The notes beneath the pieces are model-generated. The model was not told where the DNA came from. It ran no database searches and saw nothing but the letters and a program-made list of their open reading frames with translations. This document shows, piece after piece, positions 59,425-64,000 of a DNA stretch of 64,000 nucleotides (positions are counted from its first letter, which is position 1; every line of letters starts with the position of its first letter). This DNA is from Salpingoeca rosetta (Eukaryota > Protista > Choanoflagellata), in the NCBI GenBank assembly GCA_033442325.1, contig JAWQFM010000023.1, forward strand, positions 952,259 through 1,016,258. The letters run 5' to 3'. The position numbers were made by a program, and so were the translations under genes.

Positions 59425-59525
59425 CGCGTGCCCTTGTGTGGTTAGTGGGTGGGTTGGTTTGTTGCTGTTGTGCTGTTGTGTTGTGATGAGAATGCACGTT
59501 GGTTTGTTGCTGTTGTGCTGTTGTG

Positions 59526-61592
59526 ATGATGCAAGCGGACAACAGCAACGTGCTCGACGACAATGACGAAGAGGAGAAAGCAGAGCACGCCACGCCGCTG
59601 ACGAAGAGGAGAAAGCAGAGCACGCCACGCCGCTTCGTGCGCGCGCGAGATGCACCGCACCAGTGCGTGTAACTTGCGCGCTCATTGCTCCGCATGCACC
59701 GCCCTGTCTGCGACGGTGCCTTGCTATCCTTCCTTCCCCTCCTTCAACTGTTCAGGTGTCTCACGCTTCCGAACGCACACGCATGGCGGCGCCGCTGCGC
59801 TTGCAGGAAGGAAGCGCGGGTGGTCGCGTGCAAGTGGGAGGGGTGCGACTTTGTCGCGGATCTGCCCAAGCTCGTGGTGGAACATGCGGAGAAGCAGCAC
59901 GTGAACGAGTGCAGTGACTACACCTGCCGCTGGCACAACTGCTCGGTGTGTTTGTCTGTGTGTGTGTGTATGTGTGTTTCTGTGTGTGTATGTGTGTGCG
60001 CGCGCGTGTGTGTGCGTGTGTGTGTGCGTGTGTGTGTGCGTGTGTGGGCGCACGTCTATGTTCTCACTGCTGGATGGCATTCGCGTTGTGGTGCAGATCA
60101 AGAGCGAGCGTGGCCAGCGAGCATGGCTCGTGCGGCATATCATGCAACACGTTGGTGCGTATCTATGTGTGTGTGTCGTGCGTGTGTGCGTGTTTGTGTA
60201 TTGTGTGTGTGTGCATGTGAGTGTCGTGTCGTGTGTGTGCGTGTGTGTTTGCTGCGCTGGTGTGGTGTTGATGACGGCTGCTTGTGCATACACCCACAAC
60301 CTCCACTCCCCAGGCATCCTCCCCTTCCCGTGTCCGATGCCGCGTTGCCCCGCGTCCTTTAACTCCCCCGAAGCACTCCGGGCACACGTCGAGGTCTGTG
60401 CACGTGGCTGTGTGCTGCGTTGCGTGTGCACGCGTGCATGTACACCTGAGCGCATGCCTCGCTCCCGTGCGTCGGCAAGCTGCAACGCTGCATTTTGTCT
60501 CCCCAGCCCCTCAAGCCCAGTCCACTCCTACACCCCCAATGCACACTCACACTACACCCGCACCACTCTCGCGCCACGCCCGCACGCAAACGCAAACGCG
60601 CACGCGGCGGTCTTCTTCACCACAGGGCCATCTCAAGCAGAGCAAGAAGAAAGAGGCCGAAGAGTGTGAGTCGCAACCTCCCTGCCCCAACTGTTGGATG
60701 CATGCGCTTCGTCGACTGCTCTGCCTTCAAGCACACTTGTTTGTCTTCATTGCCTGCCTTTCCCACCGCACCACCACCTCAACAACCATCTCAGCCACCC
60801 CGTTCACCACATAATGCCACGTCATACGCCACCACATGCGCACCCTCATCAGTGCGCGCGCGTATTCTGGCCCAGTTCCCCATCCAAGAAGCACTGCCAC
60901 CGTACGTCAGATGATGCGGTTGCCGTTGTCGACGCGCGAGTGTCGTGTCATGCATCCTACCTGCTGTGTGGTGTTACATTACCTGCACATGATGTTACCA
61001 CCCCATTTTGTTAGCTTTAGCTTCCTATTGTGTTAGCAGCCCAATCTGATTCTTGCATATGGTGCTACCTGCACATGATCTTACCAACCCATTGTGCTAC
61101 GTGCCCACCCACACCGTCACGCGTGTGCACGTGTCGTTGCTGGCAGAGCGGATGTTCAGCACTGGATGAGCGAGATTGCCGTGAACAAGAACCCCGTCTC
61201 GCGCGGCACGCACGAGGTGCCTTTCTTCTTGCCACTGTTACCGTTGTTGCTGCCGTTGTTGCTACCGTTGTTGCTGATGTTGGTGTTACACACTGCTGCT
61301 AGTGTTGCTGCTGTTGACCCGGAGCCCGACCACGTTCCAGCATTACCTCCGCACACCCACCGCGTCATGTCCACTCACGCATTGACGTGATCAACGCGCA
61401 TCATGTATGGCAGGGGCTGCAGCAGTGCGAGATTGTTGGCAGGATGACGGCTGATGGTGAACAGAAGCCACTATACCTCATTCTTCTCCCATCAGGGTAC
61501 GCTGGAAAGCAGGTGGTGAAGAGGAGGAAGCGATGGGAGGTTTGTGATTGCTGCACACACACGCAGACAGACAGACAGACAGACAGACAGAC

Positions 61593-61631
<39 letters not shown>

Positions 61632-61703
61632 AACACACAGACAGACAGACAGACAGACAGACCCACGCACGCACACAGACACACAGACACACACACACGC
61701 ACG

Positions 61704-61776
<73 letters not shown>

Positions 61777-62004
61777 ACGCACATATTAACACGCCCATCA
61801 CCACCGTCTGTGTGCAGTGCGACGGCATGGACGCGGTACCGCCACCCGGATCTCGAGATTGGACAGATCATCCACATTACCCCACCACCGTCATCATCAT
61901 CATCATCATCGACATCAGCAGCATCATCATCATCGTCGTCGTCGAAAGGATTTGTGCACGTTGAGCACGTACCAGGCCAGTGCTATCTGTCTCACATACG
62001 ATAA
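59526..62004 (+). CDS. AEBP2: AEBP2/Jing-like C2H2 zinc-finger protein (putative PRC2 accessory subunit), multi-exon
   Basis: Three fingers: CKWEGCDF...[31 protein letters not shown] and [29 protein letters not shown], comparable to AEBP2 SWLQRHMLTHSGDKPFKC...CNASF. The C-terminus [32 protein letters not shown]...IGQIIHI resembles the AEBP2 C-terminal domain. Exon 1 (59526-59662) splices in phase 2 to 59807. Confidence 0.65.
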
Positions 62005-62370
62005 CGGCGCGTTGTCAAGCAGCAGCAGCAGCAGCAGTAGCTGCATGCGCCAACGTTGATGCTGTCATTGCGTGAAGTTTGCTTGTGTCTGCGTGAAGCC
62101 CCTCACTCTCTCGTACACTCTCGTACACTCTCACTTGCTTCATTCCAGACTGCAACCTGACGCAACTGGCTGTTATTATCGATGTGTAACGCAAGCGTAA
62201 CCGACACACAACAGTATTGATTACGTGTAAGTAAAGAACCCCTTCCACAGTGCACGGCCACAATTCGAACAGAGAACACAACTCACCGTTGTTGTAGGTC
62301 AACGCCAGCAGACAACAGAGACGCACACAGACAGCCAGCAGACACGCACACACACACACACATGGCGTGT

Positions 62371-63669
62371 TCAGCTTGGCAGCGTGTATGGGAGGTTACA
62401 TGGCGTGTCATCAGGCAAGGGCTGGTGCTGTTGTGGAAGAGCAACAGAGAAGCAAGCGCCAACGCGCGTGGTATCGACGCCATCACCGCCATTGCTGCTG
62501 AGGACTGCATCCACCAGGCCCTCGTCTGCTGTCGTGGCCCACAGATGCGCACATCCATCTCCGTCCTGTGGGCAGGGGTCAAGCAGGTGGTGATGATCGT
62601 GGCGCAGTGGTAAGAAGCTGGGCAGACAGACAGATGGACACAGAAACGCGCACACAGGCACAGAAAGGCGCACAGACACACACAGGCACATACACAGACA
62701 ACTGACCATGATGATGGCCGGGTGGGTGACGCGTGGGGAGCCCGGCGTGGTGTAGACGGCGTCCACGGCCACGTGGCCCTGCGCATCAACGGAGAACTGG
62801 ACCACCTGTCCACTGCGCAGCGGCGTGGACGGGCGAAAGTCGAAGATGGCAACGGCAACTTTTGTAATGTCGCCGGCGGCACGCCAGCAGCACATCCCAT
62901 CTGGCAGCAGCGCCTCATGCCATATGGAGGGCTCGAACGCGTCAAAGAGCGTGCGATCACCAAAGTCCACGAGCAACGATGCAGTCGGCGCCGTTGCAGC
63001 GTCGTTGTCTGCGAGCGTGCTGGCAGGGATGGCGATGAGACGCTTGGATGGCGTCTCGATGTGTAAGAGATGCAGCTCGCCCTTCATATGGACGAAGCAG
63101 TTGCCGTTTGGGCACACCTCGTTGCGTGCGAGCGTGGTGACGGACTTTCCATCCGCTTGCACCACTTTTGTAAACGCAATGCGCTCCTGCAACGAAAACT
63201 GCGCATCCTTGAACCCTTGACAGTTGTCGTTGTTGGGTGAGAAAGTGGGTGGGTGAGTGAGTGAGTGAGTGAGTGAGTGAGTGAGAGAGTGAATGAGTGA
63301 ATGAGTGAGTGGGTGAATGAGTGAATGAGTGAGTGAGTGAGTGAGTGAGTGAGTGAGTGAGTAAGCGATTGAGTGAGTGGGTGAGTACACATGTGAGTGA
63401 GTGGGTGAGCGAGTGAGTACACATGCGTGTGTACGTTTCAATGTGTGTGCAAGTGTGGAGGCAGAGGAGCAAACAGTCGTGCAATGCATCGTTGCACAAG
63501 CAAGCCAGCACAGCAGCCCACCACAAATGATCTGGTTGGATGGCGAGACGCAGCCGTCGTTCATCATGATGCGCGGCGAGCCGCATGTGTCCTCGAAGCT
63601 GTGTAACGTCTCCACCTTGATGGACGCACCCTGCTTCACCTCAACAACACACACGCGCTGCTCCATGCC
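62371..63669 (-). CDS. SMP-30/gluconolactonase/regucalcin-family beta-propeller (5' exons beyond the window)
   Basis: Metal-binding motifs [13 protein letters not shown] and LPDGMC, plus [11 protein letters not shown] and LWATTA. Stop at 62371. Confidence 0.8.
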   Translation of the reverse strand, partial: GMEQRVCVVEVKQGASIKVETLHSFEDTCGSPRIMMNDGCVSPSNQIICGGLLCWLACATMHCTTVCSSASTLAHTLKRTHACVLTRSPTHSHVYSPTHSIAYSLTHSLTHSLTHSLIHPLTHSLIHSLTHSLTHSLTHPPTFSPNNDNCQGFKDAQFSLQERIAFTKVVQADGKSVTTLARNEVCPNGNCFVHMKGELHLLHIETPSKRLIAIPASTLADNDAATAPTASLLVDFGDRTLFDAFEPSIWHEALLPDGMCCWRAAGDITKVAVAIFDFRPSTPLRSGQVVQFSVDAQGHVAVDAVYTTPGSPRVTHPAIIMVSCLCMCLCVSVRLSVPVCAFLCPSVCLPSFLPLRHDHHHLLDPCPQDGDGCAHLWATTADEGLVDAVLSSNGGDGVDTTRVGACFSVALPQQHQPLPDDTPCNLPYTLPS

Positions 63670-63806
63670 TGCAGTTTAGGGGGAGCGGAGAGGAGAAGGG
63701 AGGAGAAGGGACAGTAAGGAAGTTGCCGGGTGGGGGAGGGAAGCGAGAAGTGGCGGGTAAAGAGGCGGGTAAAGAGGCGAGTAAAGAGTCGGGTACAGAG
63801 TCGGGT

Positions 63807-63869
<63 letters not shown>

Positions 63870-64000
63870 CAAACAGACACACACACACACACAGACCTGC
63901 ACACAGACACAGACCTGCACACAGACACAGACATGCACACACACACACACACACAGACACACACACGGACACACACACACACACAGACACACAGACACAC

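Overview
This is intron-rich eukaryotic genomic DNA with (CA/TG)n microsatellites in almost every intron, GT-AG splicing and five N gaps. The gene content and style suggest a unicellular holozoan, probably a choanoflagellate of the Salpingoeca type (inference). Most entries in the ORF track are microsatellite artefacts, so I spliced about 15 genes by hand. In order: an unknown Cys-containing protein (+, partial); a tyrosine-kinase-like probable pseudokinase (-); DmX-like/Rabconnectin-3alpha (+); an LLC1/CIMIP1-like ciliary protein (-); a CCCH zinc-finger protein with an upstream ORF of LGxGRP repeats (-); an SRF-type MADS-box factor (+); a multidomain inositol-phosphate enzyme (-); a single-ADF-H twinfilin-like protein (+); a METTL23-like methyltransferase (+); a Tgl1/LIPA-type lipase (-); Nup155 (+); DNAJC9 (-); Pelota (-); an AEBP2/Jing-like zinc-finger protein (+); and an SMP-30/gluconolactonase-family protein (-, partial). 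The standout is the gene at 27609-37384 (-). Its exons join EF-hands, a histidine acid phosphatase (RHGARFP...HD) and an IP6K-type inositol polyphosphate kinase split by an inserted PH domain, and it ends in a polybasic tail. It is a candidate Ca2+/lipid-regulated bifunctional inositol-pyrophosphate kinase/phosphatase that parallels PPIP5K/Vip1 but uses a different kinase fold. All family assignments are from motif recognition; no database searches were run.
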